A stretch of DNA of 64,000 nucleotides from Torpedo marmorata (lineage: Eukaryota), in contig OZ360237.1 of assembly GCA_977017645.1 (NCBI GenBank), positions 13,764,001 to 13,828,000 on the forward strand. Reading direction: 5' to 3'. Shown piece after piece: positions 50,427 to 63,841 of the stretch. The notes beneath the pieces are model-generated. The model was not told where the DNA came from. It ran no database searches and saw only the letters and a list, made by a program, of their open reading frames with translations. Every line of letters starts with the position of its first letter. The stretch's first letter is position 1. The position numbers were made by a program, and so were the translations under genes.

Positions 50427-51851
50427 CAGTACGTTTCTGATTATCCGAAAACAACTTACCGTATTTGATGGCATATAGGACCCACGGGCGTATAGAACCC
50501 CCCCCCACCCCCCCATTTTTAGCGTGAGATTTCAGGAAAAAATTGTTTTAGTGTATTTACCTTCACAGCAGCAACACGTCCTCCTGCCCGCCGAGGCTCA
50601 GGCTGCTTTCCCCCACACCGTCCAAATGCTGATTGATTGACAGGCGCGCCGGGACCCGCGAGGGTGTGAGGGAGAGAAGCCAGGACAACGGGCAGGGCCC
50701 AGGCCCACCGTCGCAGGGAGCAGGCGATCGATCGCTTGCTTTGAGGGGAGCGCTGGGCCTCGGTGATCAGGCTCCACGCTGAGCCTTTGTTCCACGCGCA
50801 CGGCCCCCCGAACAGATTGAATGAGGTGCGGGTGGCAGTGAGCGAGCGGCTTGTTGAGCTGAGCTTGACAGGCTGCTTGCTCACTACCACCCGCCCCCGC
50901 GCCTCATTCAATTTGCTCCGGGGTCGGTGCTCGTCGAACAAAGCCTGATCATAGAGGCCCAGTGCTCCCCTCAAAGCTCTGTGGGAGAGAACGGGCGGGA
51001 AGGAGGGAGAGAGCGAGCTTTCTTACCAGGGGAAGTGAGCGGAGGTGGCGGCGACTCCGGAAAGCACGGGCCACCCAAGGGAAGGTGGTCCGCGAAGCTG
51101 CGGGCCCGCTTCCTGGACAGCCGCAGCACATCCGCGGCCTTCTTGAAGCTGGGTGAGTAGTTTGAGCGCTTTCCTCCTGTCGACATCTTGCGGATGAAAG
51201 CCTCCACTATGTGCCCAAAATGGCGGCACCAAAATGTCACCTTCGCGTATAAGACCCGGGGTGGTTTTTGAGGCGATTTTTGGGGAAAAAAGGGGGGTCT
51301 TATATGCCGTCAAATACGGTAACCGAAATTCTCAGTTATCCGAATTTTTTTTTGACGGCAACATGACGTCACAAGTTGACAAAAAAATTTCACACGACGT
51401 GCTCATGTGGGGCTCTAACGCGCTGTTAGCGCCAGTTTGGTAACATCAGTGAGCGACTGGAGGAAGTCAGCGGGTCAGGCAGCGCATGGGGAGATTGTAC
51501 TCGTTTCAGGTAACTCCCTCCCCTCTCTCTTTCCATTTCTTCTTTACCCTCCACTGTACTTGGTTCTCCGCTGTCCCCAGAGTCGGCGTCAGAAAAAATC
51601 TAATCGGGGGGCATTAGGGTAACCGTTGGGGGGGCACTGATTTTTCAGCGGCGTTGGACCTGGGGTGGGGGGGTGGCAGCAGCAGGAGCGGGGACCTTGG
51701 GCTCCGGGGCAGGTTCGGCGACGGCTGATACAAGTACCGGTATTCTGCTGATGCTTCTGGGCTGCTTAAAGCCATTTCTCAGTTATTCAAAAAATGCAGT
51801 TAACCGGTACACGTCCGGTCCCGAGCGTTTCGGATAATCGGAAACGTAGTG
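50427..51851. mobile_element. Tigger/pogo-like non-autonomous element containing a second pogo-type element (50459-51319)
   Basis: Outer TIR cagtacgtttctgattatccgaa / ttcggataatcggaaacgtagtg; inner TIR ccgtatttgatggcatata with TA TSD. Confidence 0.85.
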
Positions 51852-52391
51852 TATTAGCTTCTAACATTCTCTCAAAGACAGATGTTAAGCTAACTAGCCT
51901 GTAGTTCCCCATTTTCTCTCTCCTTCCCTTTTCAAATAAAGGAGTTATATTTGCCACTTGCTATTTCACAAACTGATGGAACCTTCCCCAAATCTGGGGA
52001 ATTTTGGAAAATTAAAGCCAACATAGCAAGTATCTTGATATCCACCTTTGTTTGGATGAAGTTTATCATGACCTGGGAACTTGCCAAACTGCAGTTCCAA
52101 CAAGTTGCTCAGAACCACCGCCCTTGATGATAATCAAACAACTTCAGACAAAGTAAGTAATTTATGTAAAGACTTGGCTGGGAATTCTTATTTGGAAGTA
52201 TTTAATCATTCAGTTGCTAGATTAAAAATGTAGCATTCTCAGCGCATTACAATAATTCATTTAATTGACTCATCTCTGGCATTTTTCAAGCATTTTTCGA
52301 GAAGAACGAATATTGATTAAAGTTATCATCACAATTTATATTGCTCAGCACAATTACTGATGTTTGTCATTGTTAGCAGGTCAGGAGTTGC

Positions 52392-52818
52392 TGGGGCTAT
52401 TGAATACTATCATGATTGGAAGAATTAACAAAACTGACTATCCCGAGGACTCTCTGTCCGATGCTTGGAGGTGGCTACAGGATCCATACCTTTTTTTTGT
52501 TGTTCTTTTCCTTCCTTTTTTTCCAACATCAAGGTAACCTTGCTTAGAGGGAGGGGTTAGAATAGATTAGTTATTAGTGTTTTTTTTGTCTTTTTTTTTC
52601 TTTCTTTTTATTTTATTTTTAATTGGGTTTTTTTTAAGATAATTATACGGAACTAGAGTTTTAACCTATATTCAGAATTTAGTTACGACAATTTACTTAG
52701 TTTTTTTTTTATATATACATGTATGAATACCAGCTGATTTTTTGAATGTTTTTCTTAATTCTGTTACTCTGTATACATGTTTATTACTGAAACTCAATAA
52801 AAATATTTTGAAAAGAAA
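52392..52818 (+). mobile_element. L1 3' end, related to the 3798-4628 copy
   Basis: TSD aggagttgc; shared 3'UTR motifs; AATAAA plus A-rich tail. Confidence 0.8.
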
Positions 52819-53627
52819 AGGAGTTGCCAAATTGTATTTTAATCATACAGAATCATGAACAGATGCAGTCATGAGAATGCACTGTACTTTCAACTCTTCA
52901 TAGCAAGAGCCTGTCGCTGCACCGGTATAGATAACCTTAACTGGGACACTGAAGATCCATACCCAGCCCAATCAATGTTAGCACTTGGAGCTCCTCAGGA
53001 GCTCAGTTATTTTACCAAGTTACAAGGAGACAGGGAAACAGTCAGAAACAATCACTTTTGGAGTGATAAATTTCAACCCTGCTCTGTGAAAAAGTGCTTA
53101 CACATACAGGCAGGCAGTTTTTAGCTTGACTGACAATGAGAACAAACATTCAAACTGAATGCACACACAAGAAGCAAAAACACTGCATAAAACTATATAG
53201 TTCAAAATACACTATATACTGTATAGTATAATATAAGAGTTGAGTGTCTCCTCGTTATTTACTGAGCACTCCTTGATTGACTAGAAGAGTCTGGGAATTC
53301 AACCATTTTAAACTCCAGGAATCTGATAACATTTTTGCTTCAACGATTGAAGGTTTTTCTTTTCAACACCCTATTTTATTCATCATTATTGGTCATACCA
53401 CTGAACAAAGATTAAATATCACAGGATGAGACAAAGCAAAGTGGTAAAGTGCAAGAAAAATCATTACCAACTCTTTTCAGATGAACAATCTTCAAAATTA
53501 ACTTTTATCTTGGTTTCAGGAAATAGAATTTTGATTTTCCAGTATGTGCAATATTCTACAAAGTCTTAAATGCATTAGTACTTGTGTCAATTTCCCATAG
53601 AGCAACAATAGATTAAGCAAATGGGAT

Positions 53628-53875
53628 TTAATTTTTTTAAATTTAGACATACAGGCCATTTCAGCCCACGAGTCCATACCGCCCAATTTACACCCCATTA
53701 ACCTACACCCCGGTACGCTTTGAATGGTGTGAGGAAACCGGAGCCCCTGGAGAAAACCCACTCAGACATGGGGAGAACGTACAATCTCCTTACAGACAGC
53801 GCGGGATTTGAACCCCGATCTGATCCCGATCGCTGGCGCTGTAAAGGCATTGCGCTAACCGCTACGCCAACCGTG
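53628..53875 (-). mobile_element. V-SINE (HE1-like)
   Basis: Reverse-complement match to 56520-56775. Confidence 0.88.
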
Positions 53876-53928
53876 ATGATTAATGAAATGATTCAGCCAA
53901 TTTCATCTCAGTGTATGTTGTGCAATGT

Positions 53929-54969
53929 TGTAATTTCATGTACAGTGTTGAATTTTGATCAGTAAGTTTCAAGGAAAAGATGGTTCCAAATGCTGATCAT
54001 TAACATCAAATCATTAACTTATGAGGAACTGGAAACAGGTTTTTCAGTATTGATTCATGGACTAGGTAAAGTACTTTTTGGAAGGTTACCTTATATATGG
54101 ACCATGACTGACCATTTGGACTGCGGACAGTCAGCAGGAAGGATGAAGTCTTTTGGAGTACACACTGGGACCTGGTACTGAAAGAGTTAACTTGTCCAGG
54201 ACTTGTACGCACAGAGAGAGAGAGACACCAGAGAGAGACAGACTGTGGAGAGATACTTTGTTGCACTTTTGCAAAAGCTGGTGCAAAACTCTGCAAAAAG
54301 CATTGAGGTTCAGTTGTGTTTTGGAGTTGCAAAGGCTGGAGAACACAGCAAAATCCAGGCTTGTGCATCCCAGGGGAAAAGGCTGGGAGAATAGCACATG
54401 GCCTCCTGTTTCAGCAAAATCCTGAGTTAAAACAACTTTTGTGAAGCACAGGCGTGAGATCAGCGAGACAGGCTGTAAGATCCAAGTACACGCCTCAATC
54501 AGTGGTATACTGATTTGGAGTTGCAATCCTCGTGAATCTACAAAAAGGGAAAGTCATCAGAGAAGAAAAGCAGGCCAAGCATTCGTAAGCTTAAACAGTC
54601 ATTGTCTCTCTCTCCAACGTTCATTAAGAAGTCCTTCTTGCCAGCACACAGAGCTGAATTTGGACCCTGAACATAGAGAGTGAATTTTTGTGGACTGTAT
54701 TTTTGGGACTGACTTATTTTTATGACTGACCTGGGGGTTTTGGGGAAGGTTTTCCATTTTTACATGAGGGTTGGGCACAGACTGTAATGATCTGGGCTTT
54801 ATACACACACACACACACACACACACACTCTTTAGATAAGAATAGCGTTTATAGACATTTATAGTGGGGTTAATTGTTGTGAAATTATATGTTTAATTGT
54901 CTTTAATAAATTTCAATTTTACCCCTTTTGCATTGCGTCTTCTGTCGTTGCTGGTTTGAATTTGTAACA
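53929..54969 (+). mobile_element. Probable solo LTR
   Basis: tgtaat...gtaaca termini, internal (AG)n and (AC)n, AATAAA near the end; left boundary uncertain. Confidence 0.5.
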
Positions 54970-55197
54970 ATGGCTAAAAGGTGAGGCTAATTGAGAAGAA
55001 TTATGACAGAATATCAGAATAAGAGGATTTATGTTAAAATTGGTGAAACTAAAACTGGATAAATGTTGGGAAGAATGCCTTCACAAAGTCTAATTTCTTC
55101 AAAAATCAGCCAACTTACCAACCACCTTCTGTTCAGTAACCTTCCACTGACTTCCGATACACCACTTTGAATGTATGATCTTCATCTGGGCAATTAA

Positions 55198-55337
55198 CTC
55201 TTTGGGCTCCGTGTCCCCGTTTTCCGGGACTGGTTTTATACCCAACCACCAGCTGGTTCATACTGGTGTTCGCACTGTAGTTTACCCATGGACCCAATCC
55301 AGTGTATATAAGTTAAAAATGTCCGGAGTCCAAAGGG
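55198..55337. mobile_element. piggyBac-type MITE
   Basis: TTAA on both sides; TIR ctctttgggctccg / cggagtccaaaggg. Confidence 0.7.
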
Positions 55338-55669
55338 TTAACTTTAGTAGTTGCTCCTGCACCATCTCTGCCACCTCCTTCTTTAATTTCTAATCTGCCT
55401 TCCCTCTTCCTATTAATGGTGACAATACTGTCAGTCATTTCAACCCTTCCCTGCAATTTGCTGGCCAACCCATCTGTTTTTCTTCTCACTTTAAAAGCCA
55501 TCTTTGTACCAACAAGTCTGATAGTTAGCATGATGTTCTGAAAGTAGTCAAAACAAAATGAAAAATAGTATTTTAATTCTAACTACAATGCATCAAAGAG
55601 CCCTTCTTTTCTGCATTTAATTTGGTTTTGTGAGCTCTTGGAAGCTGAGAATAGATTCACTGCCATAAA

Positions 55670-56255
55670 GCACACAGAAATGCTGGAGGAACTCATCCAG
55701 TCTCGCAGTGTCCATAGGAGGTAAAGATATATTACTGACATTTCAGGCCTGAGCATTTCCTCAAGGTATAAGCAAAGAACAGGATGGCATCAGAATAAAG
55801 ACTGAAGACTGGCAAGGGGGAGGAATCCAGACCAACAAAAGGTGTTAATTGGATATGATAAGAGGAAAGGTGAGAAATGATTTTGGCTAATGAGACAGAG
55901 GATAAAGGGAAGAGAGAGAGACAGAGGTAGGGGAAAAAACGACAGGGGAAAGAAAAAAGGGGGGTGGGTTTAACGGAAACCGGAGAAGTCGATGTTAATG
56001 CCATTCAGTTGGAGGGTGCCCTGTCGGAAGATGAGGTGTTATTCCTCCAATTTGCAGGTGGAGGAATAGTCTGGCAGTGCGTGAGACCATGGACAGACAT
56101 GTCATCCAGGGAATGGGATGGCAAATTGAAATGGGTGGCCACTGAGAGATCCATGCTATTGCGGCAGACAGACCTGAGGTGCTCAAAAAAGTGATCTCCC
56201 AGTCTGTACCCAGTTTCTCCGATGTGGAGGGGACCACAATGGGAGCACCACATTC
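55670..56255 (-). mobile_element. Older Penelope-like fragment (GIY-YIG remnant)
   Basis: CSHCGPLHIGETGYRLGDHFFEHLRSV...VATHFN. Confidence 0.85.
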
Positions 56256-56519
56256 AGAAGAAGACCCCTGCAGATTCACTGCCAGGCCACCAGGTGGCAA
56301 CATTCACTGTTATTCATTAATAAAGAGTTGTGCATTCCTATAGTTGTGTATAAATTGCTAACTCTGCTCTTAATAAAGCTCTAAAAACTTTTCTTCAAAC
56401 ATTCACATCACTTTGCAGGGTTTTGAAATCCAATATTATGTTAACTGTGGGCTAGACAAAATTGTATTTTTAAAAATTTGTTAATGATTTCTTTGTAAAA
56501 GTAATTTTAAAAGTAATTT

Positions 56520-56775
56520 GGGTGGCACGGTTGGCGTAGCGGTTAGCGCAACGCCTTTACAGCGCCAGCGATCAGTAACAAGGTTCAAATCCCACGCTGT
56601 CTGTAAGGAGTTTGTACGTTCTCCCCGTGTCTGCATGGGTTTTCCCCGTGGGCTCTGATTTCCTCCCACCGTTCGAAACGTACCGGGGGTTGTAGGTTAA
56701 TTGGGTATAAATTGGGCGGCACGGACTCGTGGGCCTAAATGGCCTGTTACCATGCTGTATGTCTAAAAAAAAAAC
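56520..56775 (+). mobile_element. V-SINE (HE1-like)
   Basis: tRNA-like head, V-domain, A tail. Confidence 0.88.
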
Positions 56776-57086
56776 CAACATAATATCAGGTCAACAACCA
56801 TAAGAGATCTTTAATTTAGATTCTATTAGTATTAAAAATATAGGATACTCACTAGGTTTTGACCTCACAACACGACTGCCTGGTTGACATTGTCAAGAAT
56901 GAGTCAAAATTTCATGCAACTGAATATTGTGAAATACAACCTGGCTAAATCATGTCATGTGAAACCTTCCATTCCTGCTTGGTTAAAAGCAGAGCTTCAT
57001 ATTCATACTCCTTTGCACCCCCAAATCAATTTACTTCCACCTAAAAAACAGGACCTACTTCCAGCTAACTCATTCCCATCATTACT

Positions 57087-58288
57087 TTAAAAAAAAAAAT
57101 ATTTTATTTAAAATTTTTAAATCACACAGTACACAGTTTAAAATGCAAATTTCTCAAATTACATGTGATACATTTTCACCCCCCCTCCCGAAAAGAAAGA
57201 AAGAAGAAGAAAAAGATAGAGTAAGGAGAATGTCAATCTAAAAAGAACAACTATAAACTGATTTTATTGTGGAGGATAGGTTCGCCAGCCAGACCCGATG
57301 TCCAGAGATCTTCAAATCCTTAAACCAACAGTTTTTATATATGGGCTCCATACTTTCAAAAAGAAATGATACTTATCACGTAAATTATATGTAATTTTTT
57401 TGAGTGGTATACATGAACGCAATTCTGCGTGCCATCTTTCCAACCCTAAATCTACATCCGACTTCCATGTAATGGCAATACATTTCTTAGAAACGGCTAA
57501 AGCAATACGTAAAAATTCTGTCTGATACATATTTAATTTCACTTTAACACTGGTTCCTTCAATATCTCCAAACAAAAATATCATAGGATCCATTGGGAGT
57601 GTAACTCCCAGTACCCTATCCAAAAACTTTTTAACCTTCAACCAAAAATCATACACTTTTGGACAAAACCATGTGGAGTGTACAAGGGAACCTTCCTCAC
57701 TGTTACATCTAAAACATAAACCAGATAACGTCGGATTAAATTTCTTTAGTCTTTTAGGCGTTAAATACAATTGATGAAAAAAATTATATTGCACCAATCT
57801 ATATCTAACATTAATAATCTTCGTCATACTTTGTTTACATAATTTTTTCCAGTGTTCTTCATCTATTGTTACATTCAAATCTTTTTCCCAATTTAATCTT
57901 GATTTATGAATTCCTGTTTTAGGAAGTTTCCTCTGTAACAATCTGTACAGAGTGGATAGAGAAATAGGAGCGAAAGGATCAATTTCTCGAAGAATGCATC
58001 TGTATCAAAATAAACTTATCCCATTTACTGTTGATAATCAATTATTTAAAATCTGGTTCCAAAAGGGTATTAGGGAAATAAATGATTGTTTTGAAGCTGG
58101 TAAATTTATTACGTTTCAGAGAATGAAAGACAAGTTTAGTGTAGCAAATAATACAATCTTTGCTTACTATCAAATTAGGGCATTTTTAGTTGAAAGGTTG
58201 GGTCATGGTTTGACCTTACCAAGACAGACTGAATTGGAATTATTAGTTACTAATGGAGGTGTGCCTAAATTTATTTCTCAAATGTACA
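57087..58288 (-). mobile_element. L1 (family A) with 5' inversion (inverted segment ~57945-58288)
   Basis: TSD cattcccatcattact at 57071-57086 and 58289-58304; the two segments are adjacent parts of ORF2 in opposite orientation. Confidence 0.92.
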
Positions 58289-58644
58289 CATTCCCATCAT
58301 TACTACACAGGCCTCCCACATACATGCTTTCAGTAACAAGCACTGCTGACTGTAATTCACTTTGGGATATCCCAGCAATATCACAATGCTATACAAATGA
58401 CTGTTATTTCTTGTTGAGTTTATATCAGTAAACGGTATTTTTGCTGGAATCCCATCCACTCATTTCATACTCCAATTTCATCAAACCTCAACCGTCTGTA
58501 TTACATTTTGTAGTATGTTCTGCATTTGAATGGATTTGCCCAGGTACTTCGTTCCTTTTGTGATTAATGTGCCCATTTCTGCTATCTCTTTCTGAAACCT
58601 TTGATTCCAGGATTCAACTCCATCCCATTACTGGGGCAGTACTG

Positions 58645-61600
58645 TGTGGTTGAACGCGGTACTGCGGGTATGTCCGGCCATGTCTGGACATGTCCTAAAG
58701 TAAAACACGAAAATCTGCAGACACCGTGGTTGAAGTAAAAAACACAAATCCTGGAGAACTCAGCAGGTCAAACAGTGTCTTTTATGTAGCAAAGGTAGAA
58801 ATACATAACCGACGTTTCGGGCTTGAGCCCTTCATCAAAGTATGAGAAAATGCCGGCAGGCGTCCGAACAAAGGAGTGAGGGGGGGAAGTGGGGGGGTGT
58901 GGCAAAGGCAGGAGATGATAGGTGGAGAAAGGAGGGAGGGGACAGCAGCAAAGAGGGGGAGGAGGGATGGCTGGGTAGGTGGGAAAAAACAGGAAGGACA
59001 GGTGAGGGGGGAGGGGAAGGAAACGACAAGCAGGTTTAGTGGAAAGCAGAAAAGTCAATGTTAATGCCATCTGGCTGGAGAGTGCCCAGATGGAAAATGA
59101 GATGTTGTTCCTCCAATTTGCGGGTAGTCTGGGTGGGATAGTACATAAGGCCATGGACAGACATGTGAGTGTGGGAGTGTGACTCGGAATTGAAATGGTT
59201 GGCTACTGGGAGGTCGCTGTTGTTGCGGACGGAGAGGAGGTGCTCAGCAAAGCGATCTCCCAATCTACGACCAGTCTCTCCGATGAAGGGAAAGCCACAA
59301 AGGCAGCACTGGATGCAGTAAATAACTTCTCTGGATGTACAAGTGAACATGTCCTCACTGGCTCACCGGGCTAACCTGTAGCCCCTCCCCATTACATCCC
59401 CTAATAAAGGCTGAGAGCCATAGTCTCCTCCCCTATACCTGCCTTGGAAGTGAGCCAGCAGCATGTTGAGGCATGCTCGAACTTTCTGATCAACAAAGCC
59501 TTTGATCACTTTCTTCATGTCTGCAAGTGGTCATTGATCGCGCTACAATTTATTGATCAGAATTTTAAGTGCCATGGAGAAGGCAATTAGACTGGAGAAG
59601 CTGGACACCAACCCCAAGGAACCAGAGGCCTCCGTAAAGTTCGATATGTGCCTACATTGCTTGGCCTATCCGAGGCGCCACGATATCACAACCGACCCGG
59701 ATAAGTACGATCTGCTCTTCGCAGCGGTGGGCCACAGAGCGTACCAAATTATCCGAGACTGCACCGAATATGAAGAGGCAATGGCTCTACTTCGACAACA
59801 ATACAGAGCCCCGGCGAACGCCATATACGCACGCTTCCAGCTGGGCTCCCGACACCAGGGTCCTGGTGAGTCAGTAGACGAGTTCGTGAGGGCCATGCGG
59901 GAGCTGGGATGAGCTTGCGGGTACCGGGACGTGAGCGCGGTGCTCTACCAAGAGGAGCATCCGCGATGGGCTCGTCGCGGGCTTCCGCTCCCAACACATA
60001 AGGGAGCGACTCCTGGAGGAAGGAGATCGGTCCCTCCAGGTAGTGGTGCAGATGGCCCGAGCGATGGAGACGGCTCAAAAGAACGTGGAGGCCTACTCAG
60101 AGGGCACGCGGCCACCAGGTGGGGAGAACGGGCGGCGCCATCTTGGAACTCGGGGCCCCTGACTGCAGCGGCCACAGCCGACCACGCGAGGTGCAACTAC
60201 TGCGGCCAAAGTAGACACCCGTGGAAGTACTGTCCGGCCCGTAGCGCAACCTGCTCAAACTGCCAGAGGAAGGGACATTATGCCAGAGTATGTCGCTCCA
60301 AGCCCCACTCCAGCAGTGCCGCATGCGGACCGCGACTCTCCTCGCCATCTTGGACCCACCCACTTCCGCCGTCATTTCCGGCTGCCGAAAATCGAGCTTC
60401 CAGAATAGGGGCGCAACAAAGAGGACAGACGTCACTTCCTGCTTCTTCTCCGGACTCAACCACGTACGATCCATGGGTGCGGCCATCTTCACGACCTCCC
60501 GGGCGGCCATCTTGGCGGCAGCCGCCCCGAAACAGCAGCAGCGACTCGGATGGTGAGCTGACGCTGGCGTCCATCGTGCTGGACCAAGGGAGACCACACC
60601 AGCTGGAGCGATCGATGATGGACGTTGAGGTAAACGGTCACTCCACTGGCTGCCTGTTCGACACGGGAAGCACTGAGAGCTTCATACACCCGGGCACTGC
60701 CGAGCGTTATTCCTCGACTGTGTCCCCAGCCAAAGGAAAGGTAGCACTAGCCTCCAAATCCCTCTCTGTGGAAATCCGTGGAAGCTGCACCGTGACCCTA
60801 ACTGTGGGGGGCACCAATTATAAGAATTTTAAACTGCTGGTAATGCCCCACCTCTGCGCACCCGTCATATTGGGGCTAGATTTCCAGTGCCAGTTTAAAG
60901 GGGTGCTGATGAACTCTGATGGGCCCCACCCCCCACTCACCGTCACTAATAACCAGTACTGGGAGGCCCGGCCCATTCCCCAGAGGAGGCCCAATCACAC
61001 GATTGAAAGCCGGGCTGGGTACCTGACCTGCGGACTAACCACCCTCCGGGTCCCTCCGCCCCCGCTGTTCCAAAACCTCACCCCGGACTGCAAAACCGAT
61101 TGCTATTAAGAGCAGGCGATACAGCCCCGGGGACAGAAAATTCATTAAAACGGAGGTGGAGCGGCTGCGGGAGGAGGGCATTATATAGCCAAGCAATAGT
61201 CCCTGGAGGGCGCAAGTAGTGGTGGTGAAGAGTGGGGAGAAACATCGTATGGTCATTGATTACAGTCAGACCATCAACCAGTTCACCTTACTGGACGCCT
61301 ACCCTTTGCCCTGCATATCGGAGATGGTAAATGAGATCGCCAAGTACAGGGATTTTTCGACCATAAACCTAAAATCGGCGTACCACCAAATCCCGATTCA
61401 CCCAAAAGACCAGCTGTACACGGCATTTGAGGCCAACGGCCGACTCTACCATTTCCTGTGGGTCCCATTCGGTCTCACGAATGGGGTGTCAGTGTTCCAA
61501 AGGGAAATGGACCGCATGGTGGATGACAATAAGCTGAAGGCTACGTTTCCATACTTGGACAATGTCACCATCTGCAGCCATGACCAAAAGGAGCACAACG

Positions 61601-63841
61601 AGAACCTGCAGAGGTTTCTGGCCACCGCAAAGACACTCAACCTCACATATAATGAGAAAAAGTGTGTCCTCAGCACCAAAAGGCTGGCAATCCTGGGGTA
61701 CGTGGTGGAGCATGGGGCTATCGCCCCCAACCCTGAGCGTATGCGCCCCCTACTGGAATTACCCTTGCCACAGAACACCAAGCCTTTAAAAAGGTGCCTG
61801 GGGCTTTTCTTCTATTATGCCCAGTGGATCCCTAACTATGCGGACAAGGCCCAACCTCTAGTGAGAACCATGACTTTTCCCCCATCGGCGGAGGCCCGTA
61901 AGGCTTTCCAGGGCATCAGAGGCGAGATTGCCAAGGCGGGAATGCACGCCATTGATGAATCCATCTCTTTCCAAGTGGAAAGTGATGCCTCTGCCTTCGC
62001 CCTGGCCGCCACGCTGAACCAAGCAGGCAGGCTAGTCGCATTTTTTTCCCGTACCCTCCAAGGCCCCGAACGCAGGCACTCCGCCATCGAGAAGGAGGAA
62101 CAGGCTATAGTGGAGGCAGTGCATCACTGGAGGGACTACTTGGCCAGCAGACCATTCACCCTGCTGACGGACTAGAGAGCCGTTGCGTTCATGTTTAACA
62201 ATAAACAGCGGGGTAAGATCAAAAATGACAAAATCATGAGGTGGAGAATTGAGCTGTCCACCTACAATTATGAAATATGGTACTGGCCGGGTAAGCTCAA
62301 TGAGCCACCCGATGCCCTGTCCAGGGGAACCTGCGTCAGGGTGCAAGTTGATCGCCTCCAGGCCCTCCACGATAGCCTCTGCCATCCTGGGGTCACGAGG
62401 CTCTACCATTTTGTGAGAGCCCGGAACCTTCCCTACTCAGTGGAGGAAGTAAGGGAGCTGACTCACAATTGCCAGGTCTGTGCCGAATGCAAGCCTCAAT
62501 TTTACAGACCGGATAGAGCTCAACTGATCAAAGCCACTCACCCTTTTGAACATCTCAGCATTGACTTCAAGGGGCCCCTCCCGTCCACGAATCGGAACTC
62601 CTACTTCCTGAACATCGTGGACGAGTACTCACGTTTCCCATTCGCCATCCCCTGCCCGGATATGACTACATCCACGGTCATTAAAGCACTCCGCTCAGTA
62701 TTCACTCTGTTTGGATAACCTAGTTACGTTCATAGTGACCGGGGATCTGCTTTCATGAGTGAGGAGTTGCGGCAATACTTTGTTTCAAGGGGCATAGCTA
62801 CGAGCAGAACCACCAGCTACAACCCCCACGGGAACGGGCAGGTGGAAAGGGAGAATGGTACGATCTGGAGGGCAGTCCTTTTGGCCCTCAAGTCGAAAGG
62901 GATGCCCGTATCCCAGTGGCAAGAGGTCCTCCCAGATGCGCTGCATGCTACCAGGTCCCTACTCTGCACGGCCACCAATGCTACACCCCACGAAAAATTG
63001 TTCTCCTTCCCGAGGAGATCGGCGTCGGGAACCACGCTGCCAGTCTGGCTGACGACCCCAGGGCCGCTGCTTCTTCGGAAGCACGTTAGGACTCATAAGG
63101 CGGACCCACTGGTCGAGGAAGTGCATCTCCTGCATGCCAACCCCCAGTATGCACTGGTAAGGTACCCGGACGGACGGGACGATACAGTGTCCATCCGGGA
63201 TCTGGCGCAAGCGGGGGATCTGGCGCAAGCGGGGGCCCCGGCACGGGAGGTGCACCCGATATCCCCAGTCGGCCCCAGGAATCACCCTGACAAATGAAAT
63301 GGGGATCCCACCCCCAAGACGACCCCCCGATTGTTCCCCTTTAAGTGTGTGTCCCTCCCCACTCTTACCAATAAATTCACCACCCCCTTCGGACCCAGGA
63401 CACACAGAAACAGTTCAGCCATCCGACAGCCAGCAGGTCGAACACGACACCGCTCAGCTTGATCCGAAGATACAGCCAGTACTTCGGAGATCTCAGCGCG
63501 AAAGAAAACCACCGGAGCGGCTGAACCTATGAGACTATGAACTGTATGGACATTGCCCTGCGTCACTCCGCCGGACTTTATTTAAAAAAAGAGTGAATGT
63601 GGTGGAACGCGGTACTGCGGGCATGTCCGGACATGTCTGGACATGACCTCACTGGCTCACCGGGCTAACCTGTAGCCCCTCCCCATTACATCCCCTAATA
63701 AAGGCTGAGAGCCATAGTCTCATCCCCTATACCTGCCTTGGAAGTGAGCCAGCAGCATGTAGAGGCATGCTCGAACTTTCTGATTAATAAAGCCTTTGAT
63801 CACTTTGTTCGTGTCTGTAAGTGGTCATTGATCGTGCTACA
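58645..63841 (+). mobile_element. Full-length degenerate Gypsy LTR retrotransposon (5' LTR 58645-59547 interrupted by Penelope; 3' LTR 63598-63841)
   Basis: gag with two CCHC knuckles, FDTGS protease, RT (PFGL, YLDN), RNaseH (SDAS), integrase (HPG, DFKGP, GQVER); several stops and frameshifts; PPT aaaaaaagagtgaa; flanks tactg/cgctg are at best an imperfect TSD. Confidence 0.94.
58697..59346 (-). mobile_element. Penelope-like element inserted in the Gypsy 5' LTR
   Basis: GIY-YIG ORF 59036-59350; duplication acatgtcct at 58688-58696 and 59347-59355. Confidence 0.92.

Noticed and set aside
56820-56900. Possible upstream DENND2B exon (gtgagt donor-like site on -)
   Set aside because: The frames I read hit stops and show no DENN sequence; the expected exon ending near ...ADKLS was not found in the window.
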